A stretch of DNA of 64,000 nucleotides from a virus. A program made the translations under genes and the position numbers. The stretch lies in IMG/VR virus record IMGVR_UViG_3300026097_000011, positions 1 through 64,000 of that record. One strand, given 5' to 3'. Below are positions 1 to 9,037 of the stretch, piece by piece (positions within the stretch are counted from its first letter, which is position 1; every line of letters begins with the position of its first letter). The notes under the pieces were generated by a model. That model was given only the letters and a program-made list of their open reading frames with translations. It had not been told where the DNA came from and made no database searches.

Positions 1-13
1 TGTCCGTTATGTA

Positions 14-226
14 TCATTTAACCCAATTCTTATGCATTTCACTTTCTCTGTGTACTCTTATCATATTAGTTTTTCCACATCTACACTGTGTTATTAGAAA
101 ATTTGTATTGTTTTCCATAGGTATATTATACAATTTATTTTCAAATTCACACTTATGAAAACGATACATAACAGTGTATAACCAAAATAGTGGGTTAGGT
201 ATGTTAATTGCCCATTTTTTCTTCAT
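14..226 (-). CDS. Cassette 1 hypothetical protein (Cys-containing)
   Basis: 70-aa ORF; ATG lies in the loop of the attC-like site 166-298. Confidence 0.6.
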   Translation of the reverse strand: MKKKWAINIPNPLFWLYTVMYRFHKCEFENKLYNIPMENNTNFLITQCRCGKTNMIRVHRESEMHKNWVK

Positions 227-298
227 ATCAAGTTTGTTTTTATATTTAACATTTGTTTTTCAAAGTCCACTACTTCGGTTATATGTGAACCGTTAGCA
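166..298 (+). repeat. attC-like site 1
   Basis: ACATAAC..TATAACCAAAATAGTGG(177-193), 73-nt loop, CCACTACTTCGGTTATA(267-283)..GTTAGCA. Confidence 0.8.
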
Positions 299-493
299 AG
301 CATACAACTGACCGTTAAGCATAAAACAAGGGTTTTCTCCCTTATTATATCTAACGTCAGGTGTTTTGTCAAACATTACCATATATCCAACAATCACCTT
401 GCTATCTAAATCACTCTTGATAATCTTGGTTACTTCTCCTTCTCCAAGAAATCCAGAGTCCTTAACTCTTTCACCTATCTTAAATCTTTTCAT
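293..493 (-). CDS. Cassette 2 hypothetical protein (small SH3/KOW-like barrel, FKIGERV start)
   Basis: 66-aa ORF filling the cassette; stop codon coincides with the GTTA core. Confidence 0.7.
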   Translation of the reverse strand: MKRFKIGERVKDSGFLGEGEVTKIIKSDLDSKVIVGYMVMFDKTPDVRYNKGENPCFMLNGQLYAC

Positions 494-514
494 ATTTTAA
501 AATTAAAGTACGCT

Positions 515-576
515 TGCTAACAACGGCTATATGTCCATATTCGTACCTCATACGGCACATAGCCAAAACGTTATAA
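515..576 (+). repeat. attC-like site 2 (62 bp)
   Basis: TGCTAAC-aac-GGCTATATGtCCATAT..ATACGGCACATAGCC-aaaac-GTTATAA, with one extra base in the left arm. Confidence 0.85.
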
Positions 577-586
577 ACAATAAAAA

Positions 587-823
587 TTAATGTTTAGGGT
601 GTTTTTTTATCTTAGCCCAATAACAAACTTTATTGTTTGCAACCGTGTGACCTCTTCTATCGCTACAAGGTGCATTTAATAACCATCTACCTCTATAAGA
701 TATATAACCTGTGTACTCGTTAAAATAGTCACACTCACTTCCATCTTTTAATAAACTTCTTACCAAAACTAAAACATTTACACATTCTTCTGGTTTTTCT
801 TTGGTTACGTCTATCCATTTCAT
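587..823 (-). CDS. Cassette 3 DUF551-like phage protein
   Basis: MKWIDVTKEKPEECVNVLV...VCYWAKI pattern typical of DUF551; ATG at 823 preferred. Confidence 0.65.
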   Translation of the reverse strand: MKWIDVTKEKPEECVNVLVLVRSLLKDGSECDYFNEYTGYISYRGRWLLNAPCSDRRGHTVANNKVCYWAKIKKHPKH

Positions 824-835
824 AATTTTAAAAAT

Positions 836-966
836 ATATAACAACGTGTATAAACAAAAGCTATTTAAGTCTTTACCGTTGTTTTGTTAGTATTTATTTA
901 AGTTATTTTTAATCCAATATTTAATTCTTTTTTATACGCTTCAATTAATACACAATTCCGTTAGGC
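836..966 (+). repeat. attC-like site 3 (more degenerate arms)
   Basis: ATATAAC-aac-GTGTATAAACAAAAGC...GCTTCAATTAATACAC-aattcc-GTTAGGC. Confidence 0.7.
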
Positions 967-972
967 GTAATG

Positions 973-1419
973 CTACCCAAGTAGCCAATAAACAATAGCC
1001 TTTCTTCTTAAATTATCTTCTTCATCATATAAGTTTCCACCCATTACTGCTATCGAAAGTTTGTATTCTTTTTCTCGCACTTGTAAAATAGGATGTGACC
1101 AAACGCTATGTGAGTGAAGCATATTAGAAGTCCACTGTCCATTAGTGTTGTACTTAACATTAAAAATCCATTCAAATAATTTAGTCCAATACTTCATTAC
1201 CCCACAGTTACCCATTATGAACCCAAAAAATAGTGCGTATATAAACCACATCATAAAAAATGCTTCACTCGGTATTCCATCAATAAAAAGCATTGGTAAA
1301 AAGAATACAAACGAGTATCGCATATACAAGAAAGGCATTGTAATCAAACCACACATACGCCTAACAACAGCTATATGTAATGCCTCTTTTTTCTTTAATT
1401 TAGTTTCTGTATTATTCAT
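973..1419 (-). CDS. Cassette 4 membrane protein
   Basis: Two hydrophobic segments; N-terminal 21 aa (..EALHIAVVRR) are read through the attC arm. Confidence 0.65.
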   Translation of the reverse strand: MNNTETKLKKKEALHIAVVRRMCGLITMPFLYMRYSFVFFLPMLFIDGIPSEAFFMMWFIYALFFGFIMGNCGVMKYWTKLFEWIFNVKYNTNGQWTSNMLHSHSVWSHPILQVREKEYKLSIAVMGGNLYDEEDNLRRKAIVYWLLG

Positions 1420-1489
1420 TATTTTAGTCTTTTAAGTTAGTGTAGTAATTTATTCAAGGTCGGCACTACACATAGCCAAACTGTTATGA
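1359..1489 (+). repeat. attC-like site 4 (last of array)
   Basis: GCCTAAC-aaca-GCTATATGTAATGCC(1370-1384), 77-nt loop, GGCACTACACATAGC(1462-1476)-caaact-GTTATGA. Confidence 0.85.
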
Positions 1490-1515
1490 GTAATAAATTT
1501 TGATATATCTAATTT

Positions 1516-2421
1516 TTATAGGAAAAATTTACGATATTTAAATAGAGCTAGTTCCTTTGACTTTGCTTCAATTTCTATATCGAATATAGAACCAATATCA
1601 GGTATTTTACAGTATATATAATCAGAATGAGATCGCTCAATTACAGAATCATCCTCAAATAATTTACGACTATTACTAACGTGAGCAAGTGGACGAATAC
1701 CAGTTGGCCAAGTGGATGCAGCAAGCTCAGCTGCGTCGTCAGTAGATAAATCACCATCACAAAATAAATGGTGAAAGAAATCAAATGTGATAGGAATATC
1801 GATATGCTTGTATAAGCCATTGTATAAATCAACAACACTATATTGACTAGCTTTATCGTCGTTTTCTATAACTAATCTACGCTGAGTAGTATCAGCAAGT
1901 AATTTAAAATTGGTAACAAAACGTGCAAGTGTCGAATCTTTATCGCCATAGCTGCCGCCAACGTGTATATTGAGACTATACTTATGTGTGGCAGGTAGTC
2001 CCATAAGATCAAGTATGCGACTATGCTTATCAAGATCGTCAATAGAATTAAGGACTACTTTTTCAGTTGGCGAAGGCAATACACAATATTGACCTGGGTG
2101 AAAGCCTACACGCAAATCATTAGCTAATACATAGTCGCCAATTTGAGTGAGCAGGGATTGTATACTATCGAAATTTGGTAAATCCTCAAATCGATACTCA
2201 GACATCCAAGGAAATAAACTGCTTGAAAACCTAAAGACTCGGATGTCATGTTCGACATTCCATTCAAGAACTTTTAGTAAGTCTTGAAGATTAAGCTCGG
2301 CTAATTCGCCTGCATATTCAAGGCCTCGAGCTTTGAACGTTTTTTTGATCATGCCACGATTGGTAGTAATACCGAGTGGCTTAAGTGTTAGATTAATACA
2401 GCAATATCCTAAATTATTCAT
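1516..2421 (-). CDS. uvsE: UV DNA damage endonuclease
   Basis: LGYCCIN, FRFSSSLFP, FHPGQY, NIHVGG, IENDDK, FDFFHH, HSDY, EAKSKE motifs. Confidence 0.95.
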   Translation of the reverse strand: MNNLGYCCINLTLKPLGITTNRGMIKKTFKARGLEYAGELAELNLQDLLKVLEWNVEHDIRVFRFSSSLFPWMSEYRFEDLPNFDSIQSLLTQIGDYVLANDLRVGFHPGQYCVLPSPTEKVVLNSIDDLDKHSRILDLMGLPATHKYSLNIHVGGSYGDKDSTLARFVTNFKLLADTTQRRLVIENDDKASQYSVVDLYNGLYKHIDIPITFDFFHHLFCDGDLSTDDAAELAASTWPTGIRPLAHVSNSRKLFEDDSVIERSHSDYIYCKIPDIGSIFDIEIEAKSKELALFKYRKFFL

Positions 2422-2449
2422 ATTGTTATATTACTAAAAATATATAGAA

Positions 2450-2611
2450 TTATTCACTTTTGTTTCTTCTATTATATTTTTTTGTAGATCCATATGGACA
2501 GTGTTTACATTTATTATTACAACAAAATCCTCTTTTTAAATGGTATTTCTCAGTAAATACTTTGTACCCATCCTTATTGATATAATAATCTTCTCCTTTT
2601 ATTAATCCCAC
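2450..2611 (-). CDS. Small Cys-rich DUF5522-like protein (not in ORF track)
   Basis: Manual translation from GTG: MGLIKGEDYYINKDGYKVFTEKYHLKRGFCCNNKCKHCPYG..., 53 aa. Confidence 0.8.
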   Translation of the reverse strand: MGLIKGEDYYINKDGYKVFTEKYHLKRGFCCNNKCKHCPYGSTKKYNRRNKSE

Positions 2612-3174
2612 CAGTGTCTAATATTATGTTCAATGAATGCCCATAATAAACGATGGGCTTTTTCTTGTTTAAGTCTAGATTCTTTCATCAACTTTCTTTG
2701 TATTTCATCGATTTCAGCTATTCGTTCAGGAGTTTCAGTAAGTTCATAGTTTTGTTTAAGAAATGAGCTATCATCTCCTTTTCCAGTATCAATGAATTTA
2801 TGTTCTAACAGTTCAGCTCCATATAGTTCTACCATCTTAGCTTGATATTCACAGGAATAATCTTCGTCATATACCTTCTTCATCAATGCAATTGCAGTTC
2901 TTACTCTTGTAGCACTATGTTTTGATTCTACACACATAGCATTATCTGATTCCATTCGCTCTGCGATATCTTCTAATTTAGCTGAGAATATTTCAGTTGC
3001 ATATCTATAATCAAAATCATATCCTTTCCAAATCATTGGAACATACTTTCGCAATTGTTTAAATTGATGATTCTTTCTACGAAAAAAGTATTTAAAATTC
3101 CTCCATACTTTCGCAATTCCCTTAACTCTGATTTTATCGAGTATATTGGGATCCTTTATTCCTTTACTTATCAT
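2602..3174 (-). CDS. Hypothetical phage protein
   Basis: 190-aa ORF, coupled to neighbours. Confidence 0.75.
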   Translation of the reverse strand: MISKGIKDPNILDKIRVKGIAKVWRNFKYFFRRKNHQFKQLRKYVPMIWKGYDFDYRYATEIFSAKLEDIAERMESDNAMCVESKHSATRVRTAIALMKKVYDEDYSCEYQAKMVELYGAELLEHKFIDTGKGDDSSFLKQNYELTETPERIAEIDEIQRKLMKESRLKQEKAHRLLWAFIEHNIRHWWD

Positions 3175-3569
3175 TAGTCAAGTGTTGGCCAAACGAACTC
3201 ATAATGTCCATCTTTCATTTGATTTACTTTAATAGTTCGAATGATCTTTCCATTCTCTTTTCCATATTCAATCTCAGCTTGAACTCCAACTGATTGCTTA
3301 ACTAAGTTATCTGACATTTCAACTACCCATATTTCTTCACTCCAATCAATGAACGAGTAATCGATCTTTTTCCAAACTTCCCATGTACCAAGTAATTCCT
3401 TTTCGTACTTGCCATCATGTATAGATGCTTGTACAATTGGATGCGACATTGAAATTGGAGAAAGTGGAATGTGACCCATCTTAATAATTTCATAAGCTGC
3501 ATGATTTGCCATCTCAAAACTTTTTTCCTCTACACGAGTGTAAGGAATTGCTACATATATTCTTTTCAT
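3174..3569 (-). CDS. Nucleoside 2-deoxyribosyltransferase-fold protein (DUF1937/DUF4406-like)
   Basis: IYVAIPYT, SPISMSH, SVGVQAEIEY motifs. Confidence 0.75.
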   Translation of the reverse strand: MKRIYVAIPYTRVEEKSFEMANHAAYEIIKMGHIPLSPISMSHPIVQASIHDGKYEKELLGTWEVWKKIDYSFIDWSEEIWVVEMSDNLVKQSVGVQAEIEYGKENGKIIRTIKVNQMKDGHYEFVWPTLD

Positions 3570-3793
3570 AACTTTGCACTTATTTGTTCGAATGCCAGTA
3601 CTGGATTCTCGGTTGCGAATCCATCGATACCACCATCCGGTTCTGTAAATAATTTACCAACATCATATTTAGCCCAAATAAATTGGCCAAATCTTAAGTC
3701 ATTTTCATTTCTTCCTTTACCATATTTAATATGCCATTTGACTAACTCATCCATTAGAAGATCACTAGTCAATTCTAAATTACTTGCTTCCAT
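3566..3793 (-). CDS. Hypothetical protein
   Basis: ORF from ATG 3793 (MEASNL..), LRFGQ motif common in phage proteins. Confidence 0.65.
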   Translation of the reverse strand: MEASNLELTSDLLMDELVKWHIKYGKGRNENDLRFGQFIWAKYDVGKLFTEPDGGIDGFATENPVLAFEQISAKL

Positions 3794-4040
3794 GTTTTTG
3801 GTGTAATGCGTTAGTAAATGTTTCTTCTCCTCCTGTACTTGAATTTTTAAATACAATATGAGTAGTCCCAGGAGTTTCTCTAAATACCTTCTTAGCAAAT
3901 GCTTTAGGATAGTGAATGTTCACATATGATTTAATTGATTTTCCAGGGCAATATACTTCCGCTGTTATTGGCGAGTCTTTCTCTGCTAATTTATTCTTTC
4001 TGAATTCTGTTCCTACAAAGAACTTATCTTGTTTAGACAT
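3780..4040 (-). CDS. Hypothetical protein
   Basis: 86-aa ORF abutting epimerase. Confidence 0.65.
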   Translation of the reverse strand: MSKQDKFFVGTEFRKNKLAEKDSPITAEVYCPGKSIKSYVNIHYPKAFAKKVFRETPGTTHIVFKNSSTGGEETFTNALHQKHGSK

Positions 4041-4913
4041 TTATTTTATTTTATGTTTAATATATCTAGTTAATGAATGTTGAGGGTTCCAATCTAATTT
4101 TTCATTAGTATCTGTTTCTATCTCAACTGCGTTAATACGTTCTCCTCTTCTTTCAGGAATAAGTCGATATTTATGATCAAATAATTCAGCAACTTCCTTA
4201 ATTGTGTAAGTACGTCCTGATCTTAAGTGCCATTCTCCGTTTAATCCTTTTTCAACCGAGGCAATTACTCCTCTTACTATATCATCAATATGTGTAAAGT
4301 CCCTAGACTGAGTCCCTGGTGAAACTACTGTTAATTCTTCTCCATTATCATATTGTCTCTCGAATATTCCAACTACTGTTGCATAATCTCCTGATGTAAT
4401 TTGACCTGGACCGTACACATTAAAGAAATAGCAAATTTCATATTCTAAATTATACCACTCTTTGTAGTTTTTTATAAGTTCTACTCCTTTTGCTTTCATC
4501 CAAGCATATGGAGATAGATTCTCATCCTTACCATCGTTTCCGAATTTTGAACTTGATGCTGAATATATTAACTTAGCTCCCCATCGTCTGCACATTTCAA
4601 GAACTCTAGTCGTACCGTGTAAATTTGTTTTAAGTACATAATCGATGTCTTCAAAAGAAGATACTATTCTAGAGTATTCACCGAAATGAAATACTATATC
4701 GAACGTACCTTTATCCTTTTGGAAATACTTTTCAATATCCCAAGTGTCTGCATGGATTACGTCTATTCCCTTTGGAATATTATTGAAAGTTCCAGTGAAA
4801 AAATTATCTAGAATGGTAATCTTCGAATGAGGATATTTTTCAAGAATTTGTTTAATTAGATTTGATCCTACAAATCCGGCTCCACCTGTTACTAATATTT
4901 TCTTATTGTTCAT
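4041..4913 (-). CDS. NAD-dependent sugar-nucleotide epimerase/dehydratase
   Basis: VTGGAGFVGSN, YAWMK (YxxxK), FNVYGP, RDFTHIDD. Confidence 0.92.
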   Translation of the reverse strand: MNNKKILVTGGAGFVGSNLIKQILEKYPHSKITILDNFFTGTFNNIPKGIDVIHADTWDIEKYFQKDKGTFDIVFHFGEYSRIVSSFEDIDYVLKTNLHGTTRVLEMCRRWGAKLIYSASSSKFGNDGKDENLSPYAWMKAKGVELIKNYKEWYNLEYEICYFFNVYGPGQITSGDYATVVGIFERQYDNGEELTVVSPGTQSRDFTHIDDIVRGVIASVEKGLNGEWHLRSGRTYTIKEVAELFDHKYRLIPERRGERINAVEIETDTNEKLDWNPQHSLTRYIKHKIK

Positions 4914-5205
4914 CTTCACCAGCACTTTCAGGTTCCCCAATTGTTATCCACATTCCTTCTGTAAAATCTGATGTATCTTCAACAACATCATCAAGAGCAA
5001 TTACTTGAATTTGTCCACCGGTGTTAGCAACCATTATAAGACTATCTTTAGGACCAAAATATCCTTCTATTTCTCCTTTGGCTTTAACTAGTATTCCTTC
5101 TCCGATTGGTATGATTGATTGTAATGCTTGGGCAAAAATTAACGTCCCAGCACTAAGTTCCTCTTGTGAATATTCTCGAGGTTCTTCGTTTGATAAATCT
5201 GTCAT
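4903..5205 (-). CDS. Hypothetical acidic protein
   Basis: 100-aa ORF behind putative promoter at 5225-5251. Confidence 0.7.
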   Translation of the reverse strand: MTDLSNEEPREYSQEELSAGTLIFAQALQSIIPIGEGILVKAKGEIEGYFGPKDSLIMVANTGGQIQVIALDDVVEDTSDFTEGMWITIGEPESAGEDEQ

Positions 5206-5224
5206 TATAATTGAATTTAATAGT

Positions 5225-5251
5225 ATTATACAGATTTATTTTTACTGGTTT
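5225..5251 (-). promoter_or_regulatory. Putative early/middle promoter AAAC-N17-TATAAT
   Basis: Same motif and spacing at 27184-27210 and 61782-61808. Confidence 0.5.
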
Positions 5252-6801
5252 AGGTAAAAGTCTAATTTTTTTTGCATTTTATCTAGTTTTGAACCAGATT
5301 GTTTACCGAGAAGTTGTTTTTTAGCCTTTTCATAATTAAGATCTAATAATGCTCTTTCTAATCGCTTTTTAGATTCTTCAGGGTTTGATATATTATGTGT
5401 TAATGACATAAGACCTCCTCTTATTCCGATTTCATATATTCTATCTATTTTACGCTTACTGTTAATTCCTTTATTATGTCTAAATTGTGATCTATCTTCT
5501 GGAACTAATTTATATAACGAGTCAATTAGAGTATTGGATTCAGCAATTTGATCTTGAGTAAGTTCTTCTTTTTCATTATCTTCTATTTCTTCTAGTTCCT
5601 TTTGCCTTTTAATAATATCTTCCACTTGATCTTCTATTTTATTAGGATCAAGAGTATCGAGCTTAGACCATTTCTTTTTGTCTTCGTCTGACATTCCATT
5701 TTTTCTAAGCTGTACTACTGACTTCATGTAATTATAATATAACTCACGCAACCTAGCAGTTAGACTAGAATCTCTCTTAAATGATACTTTAGTTGAGGCT
5801 TTTCCACTAGATATTTCCTCAATATCACTTACAAGTTCATCAGGTTCTTTATCTTCTATCATTTCATTATAAATATCTACTTCTAATTGAAGATCGGGAG
5901 TAATTTTAACCTGATCTCCATCTACATAGAAGGAATCGTCCTCTAATAAAATAGTAGATACATCATCTACTTCGATGTCACCTGCTGGAGGAGTCCAATA
6001 ATCTCCAGGGTCGTATGTTTCGTTAATAGTGGCATTTGTTGAATATACGATGTTGAATAGTGCTCCATCTTTATCATTTGATAATCCTAGCAGTTTACGA
6101 TCCTCGTCACTTATTACTCCTAATCCAAGATCAGTTGGAAATAATCCAATTCCATCCAAATAATCTATGTATGCATCAGGTATTTTATCTTGATTGGATG
6201 TCAACGTCATAGCTATATCTGTAATATAATCATCTATTATACCCTCATTATGTTCTACATTAGTTAAATTATCTCCGCCTTCATGAACATCAACATCAAC
6301 TAGTTTTAAAACAGTAGGCCTACCGGTGATCAATTTTAATACTTCTCCTAATAGATATGATTTTGCAGATTCATCACTAGACGTTGAGTCTTTTGATTCT
6401 AATATTAGCTCATGATTAAACAAACGTGTTCCTATTTCTCTAAGTGCACTACCTATATCTAGATGTTTCAGAGTAATCCAATGAAATGGAGTCTTATTAT
6501 GATTAAGAACTACACTCGGCCTACCAGGAGTTTTCATATTAAATACTCCTTTTAAACCATCTTCTCCTTTATAATCAATTTTTCTACCTGCAAATTTATT
6601 TCCACCTTTGTGAATAACTCGATATATAGTATCACCTATAAATACCATCTTTATTCCGGGTTTTATCTCTGCATATCCATTAATAGTAGTTACATAAAGG
6701 AACCGACCTTCTTTAGTTGGGCGTCCCTTGATCAATATAACGGATCCCCTCCCTATTGATTCATTGAGTTTTTCGGAATAAGGTAAAATGTACTTGTTCA
6801 T
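5242..6801 (-). CDS. Hypothetical late protein
   Basis: 519 aa; ATAAATA upstream; N-terminal ILPYSEKLNE motif. Confidence 0.75.
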   Translation of the reverse strand: MNKYILPYSEKLNESIGRGSVILIKGRPTKEGRFLYVTTINGYAEIKPGIKMVFIGDTIYRVIHKGGNKFAGRKIDYKGEDGLKGVFNMKTPGRPSVVLNHNKTPFHWITLKHLDIGSALREIGTRLFNHELILESKDSTSSDESAKSYLLGEVLKLITGRPTVLKLVDVDVHEGGDNLTNVEHNEGIIDDYITDIAMTLTSNQDKIPDAYIDYLDGIGLFPTDLGLGVISDEDRKLLGLSNDKDGALFNIVYSTNATINETYDPGDYWTPPAGDIEVDDVSTILLEDDSFYVDGDQVKITPDLQLEVDIYNEMIEDKEPDELVSDIEEISSGKASTKVSFKRDSSLTARLRELYYNYMKSVVQLRKNGMSDEDKKKWSKLDTLDPNKIEDQVEDIIKRQKELEEIEDNEKEELTQDQIAESNTLIDSLYKLVPEDRSQFRHNKGINSKRKIDRIYEIGIRGGLMSLTHNISNPEESKKRLERALLDLNYEKAKKQLLGKQSGSKLDKMQKKLDFYLNQ

Positions 6802-6806
6802 AAATT

Positions 6807-6827
6807 TATTTATTCTTCTAATAAATA
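6807..6827. promoter_or_regulatory. Divergent T4-like late promoters (ATAAATA)
   Basis: TATTTAT 6807-6813 and ATAAATA 6821-6827 between divergent genes. Confidence 0.55.
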
Positions 6828-6851
6828 AAACTATAAAAATTATACTAAACT

Positions 6852-8840
6852 ATGTCGTCTAAATTTAATGAACAAACAGGACTATATGAGCAGGTTAATG
6901 TAGATAACAATCAGCTTGATGTAAATTCAGAAACAAAAAATGAAGTAACTACCGCTGAAAAAGCTGCTATTGCTAATGGAAACACTGGTAAGCTGCATGC
7001 CTTTAAAATAAACCCTTCTAATTTAGATTCAATTAATCAACTTATATCAGGCCAAATTAAAGAATGGAAATCTGAAACTCCACTTATTGTTTTAGGAAAA
7101 GATGGAACTCTTGGAGGAGAAGCAATGTTAAATGGTAAACCTCTATATTTGATGTTTAGAATAGCTTCTAAAAAAGAAAGAGCATCTAGTGAATTACAAT
7201 TAGAATTGAGCGATAGAATATATTTACTATTGAATACTAGCCCAGTTGAATTATCTAGTATTTTAAAGAACGCTGATAATATGGATCATAGAGTTAATGT
7301 TGCAGCTAAAGGACCAAATGGTGTTGAAAACACAGTTGCAATTTGGAGTGAAAATGTTTCTAATGAGCCTACTCCGGATGATTCTACTAAAACTGAAAAT
7401 ACTAATAATGTTAACGTAGATATGGAAGCTCAAATTGAAAATCCAGGAACTGCTGCAGGAATTTCAGGAACAGTTGAAGATGGAATTAATGAACAAAATG
7501 CTACAATGCCTCCAACGTATGATCCTAGTAAACATAAAAATGATAAAATAGATCCTAGTCTTTTGTCAACTGAAAAAGGAGAAAAAGCACAGGCATCAAA
7601 TAGTATGACTAAGGGACTTAATAAAAACTTATTAGAAGTTAATAATGAATTGGGCAAAAATGCCAAGATTATAACTCGAAAGGATAAAACCAAAGTAATT
7701 AAATTAAACCTAACTAAGAAATATACTGGAATTGATGGAGTTGCTTATTTTTATAGTAATGGTAGAATGTATATAAAGGCAAGTGGAAAGTTATTTGCAA
7801 AGGGTTCGTATAAAGATGGGGGGAAAACAATATCAGTGGATGGAGGAAAAACTATTAAAAATGAAAGTATATATGGAAACCTAAAGACAATTGCTAAAGG
7901 AACTAAATCCACATCTAACACATCCTCTGCATTTAAAACTCAAGAAGAAGGAGACGCATTTAGAAAATGGGCAAATTCAACAGATGAATTAAAGAAAAAA
8001 TACGGAAAAGAATCTAAATTCGATTTAGATGCTAAGGGTAAATTCAATAACTCATATATTAATAATGCATTCAGTGCAGCTAAGGAAGATTATTTAGCAT
8101 ATATGAAAAATAAAAAGAACTTCAAATACAAAGAAGGTGATATAGTTTATTATAGAATTAATTCGGATGGAAAAGCTGAGATGGAGAAAGACATGTTATC
8201 TGGAGATGTTAAAGGAGCAGTTGATAAGCAAAAAAAGGAAATGGAAAAGGATAGAAAGACTACTCCAGTTGAAGATCAATATAACTCATCAGAAGCAATT
8301 GCAACTAGTTTTGATATGTACAGGCAAATAACAGAAGAAGGTCTAATTGATGAATTATCAAGTAAAGAAGTTGACGATCAAGCAGGATTAATTAAAGATA
8401 TGAAAGCCGGTAATCTTAAGAAAGGAAAAGTAATTAAACAAATCGATGACAATACTGTTAAGGTAATTAATACAAAATCTGAAAAAGAAGAAACTATTAA
8501 GCTATCAAATATTGTTCCAAAAGAAGATGCTAGAAATGCAGCTATTAAGATAAAAGCAAGTAGAGAAAAGGAAGAAAAAAAGAAAAAGGAAAAGAAAACA
8601 GATTTAGAAAAATCAGAAGAAGAATTAAACAAAGAAAAAGAAGAAAGCAAATCTATTAAACAAAAGCTTAAAGATAAAAGAAAAGAAAAAAGAAATCTTA
8701 AAAAGGCTAATCGTAAAGATAAGAGACAAAAGAGAAAAAAGAAAAAGATAGAAAAAGTTCAAAGTAAAATAGACGATGCAAGTGAATCGGTAGTTTATGA
8801 CTTTTCAGAATTTATGGAAAAAACAAATAAATTGAACTAA
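6852..8840 (+). CDS. Large hypothetical late protein with Lys/Arg-rich C-terminal region
   Basis: 662 aa; C-terminal SESVVYDFSEFME motif. Confidence 0.8.
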   Translation: MSSKFNEQTGLYEQVNVDNNQLDVNSETKNEVTTAEKAAIANGNTGKLHAFKINPSNLDSINQLISGQIKEWKSETPLIVLGKDGTLGGEAMLNGKPLYLMFRIASKKERASSELQLELSDRIYLLLNTSPVELSSILKNADNMDHRVNVAAKGPNGVENTVAIWSENVSNEPTPDDSTKTENTNNVNVDMEAQIENPGTAAGISGTVEDGINEQNATMPPTYDPSKHKNDKIDPSLLSTEKGEKAQASNSMTKGLNKNLLEVNNELGKNAKIITRKDKTKVIKLNLTKKYTGIDGVAYFYSNGRMYIKASGKLFAKGSYKDGGKTISVDGGKTIKNESIYGNLKTIAKGTKSTSNTSSAFKTQEEGDAFRKWANSTDELKKKYGKESKFDLDAKGKFNNSYINNAFSAAKEDYLAYMKNKKNFKYKEGDIVYYRINSDGKAEMEKDMLSGDVKGAVDKQKKEMEKDRKTTPVEDQYNSSEAIATSFDMYRQITEEGLIDELSSKEVDDQAGLIKDMKAGNLKKGKVIKQIDDNTVKVINTKSEKEETIKLSNIVPKEDARNAAIKIKASREKEEKKKKEKKTDLEKSEEELNKEKEESKSIKQKLKDKRKEKRNLKKANRKDKRQKRKKKKIEKVQSKIDDASESVVYDFSEFMEKTNKLN

Positions 8841-9037
8841 TGCCACTTCCAGTATCAATAAAGGAATTTGTAAAAGATCCAGTTAAATCACTATTGTTTT
8901 TAACTATATGTGCTATTATGTATTTGTATGTAGATAATAAAATGATGTACACAGGTTTAATAGAAAAACAAGATGAAAGAATAATTCTACTTGAGGAAAA
9001 AGTAAATGATCTATATGATAAGTTAAGCAAGAAATGA
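8840..9037 (+). CDS. Small membrane protein with coiled coil
   Basis: One hydrophobic segment plus heptad tail. Confidence 0.65.
   Translation: MPLPVSIKEFVKDPVKSLLFLTICAIMYLYVDNKMMYTGLIEKQDERIILLEEKVNDLYDKLSKK

Larger units (their letters stand above)
6..1489 (+). mobile_element. Integron-like gene cassette array (4 cassettes, no integrase in window; may continue left of position 1)
   Basis: Four ...TAAC-arm-loop-arm-GTTA... sites separate single small ORFs. Each cassette has complementary ends: GTTATGTATC(6)/GATACATAAC(163), GTTAGCAAGC(292)/GCTTGCTAAC(512), GTTATA(570)/TATAAC(837), GTTAGGCGTA(960)/TACGCCTAAC(1356). Confidence 0.8.

Noticed and set aside
1145-1435. Plus-strand 96-aa ORF as the real cassette 4 gene
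   Set aside because: GTG start mid-cassette, antisense shadow of a hydrophobic ORF; the other cassettes have no comparable plus ORF
166-1489. CRISPR array or plain terminators as explanation of the hairpins
   Set aside because: Repeats differ in sequence and length, are separated by whole genes, lack U-tracts and share TAAC/GTTA ends
1516-2421. uvsE as a fifth cassette
   Set aside because: No CTCATAAC partner or attC-like hairpin found to its right
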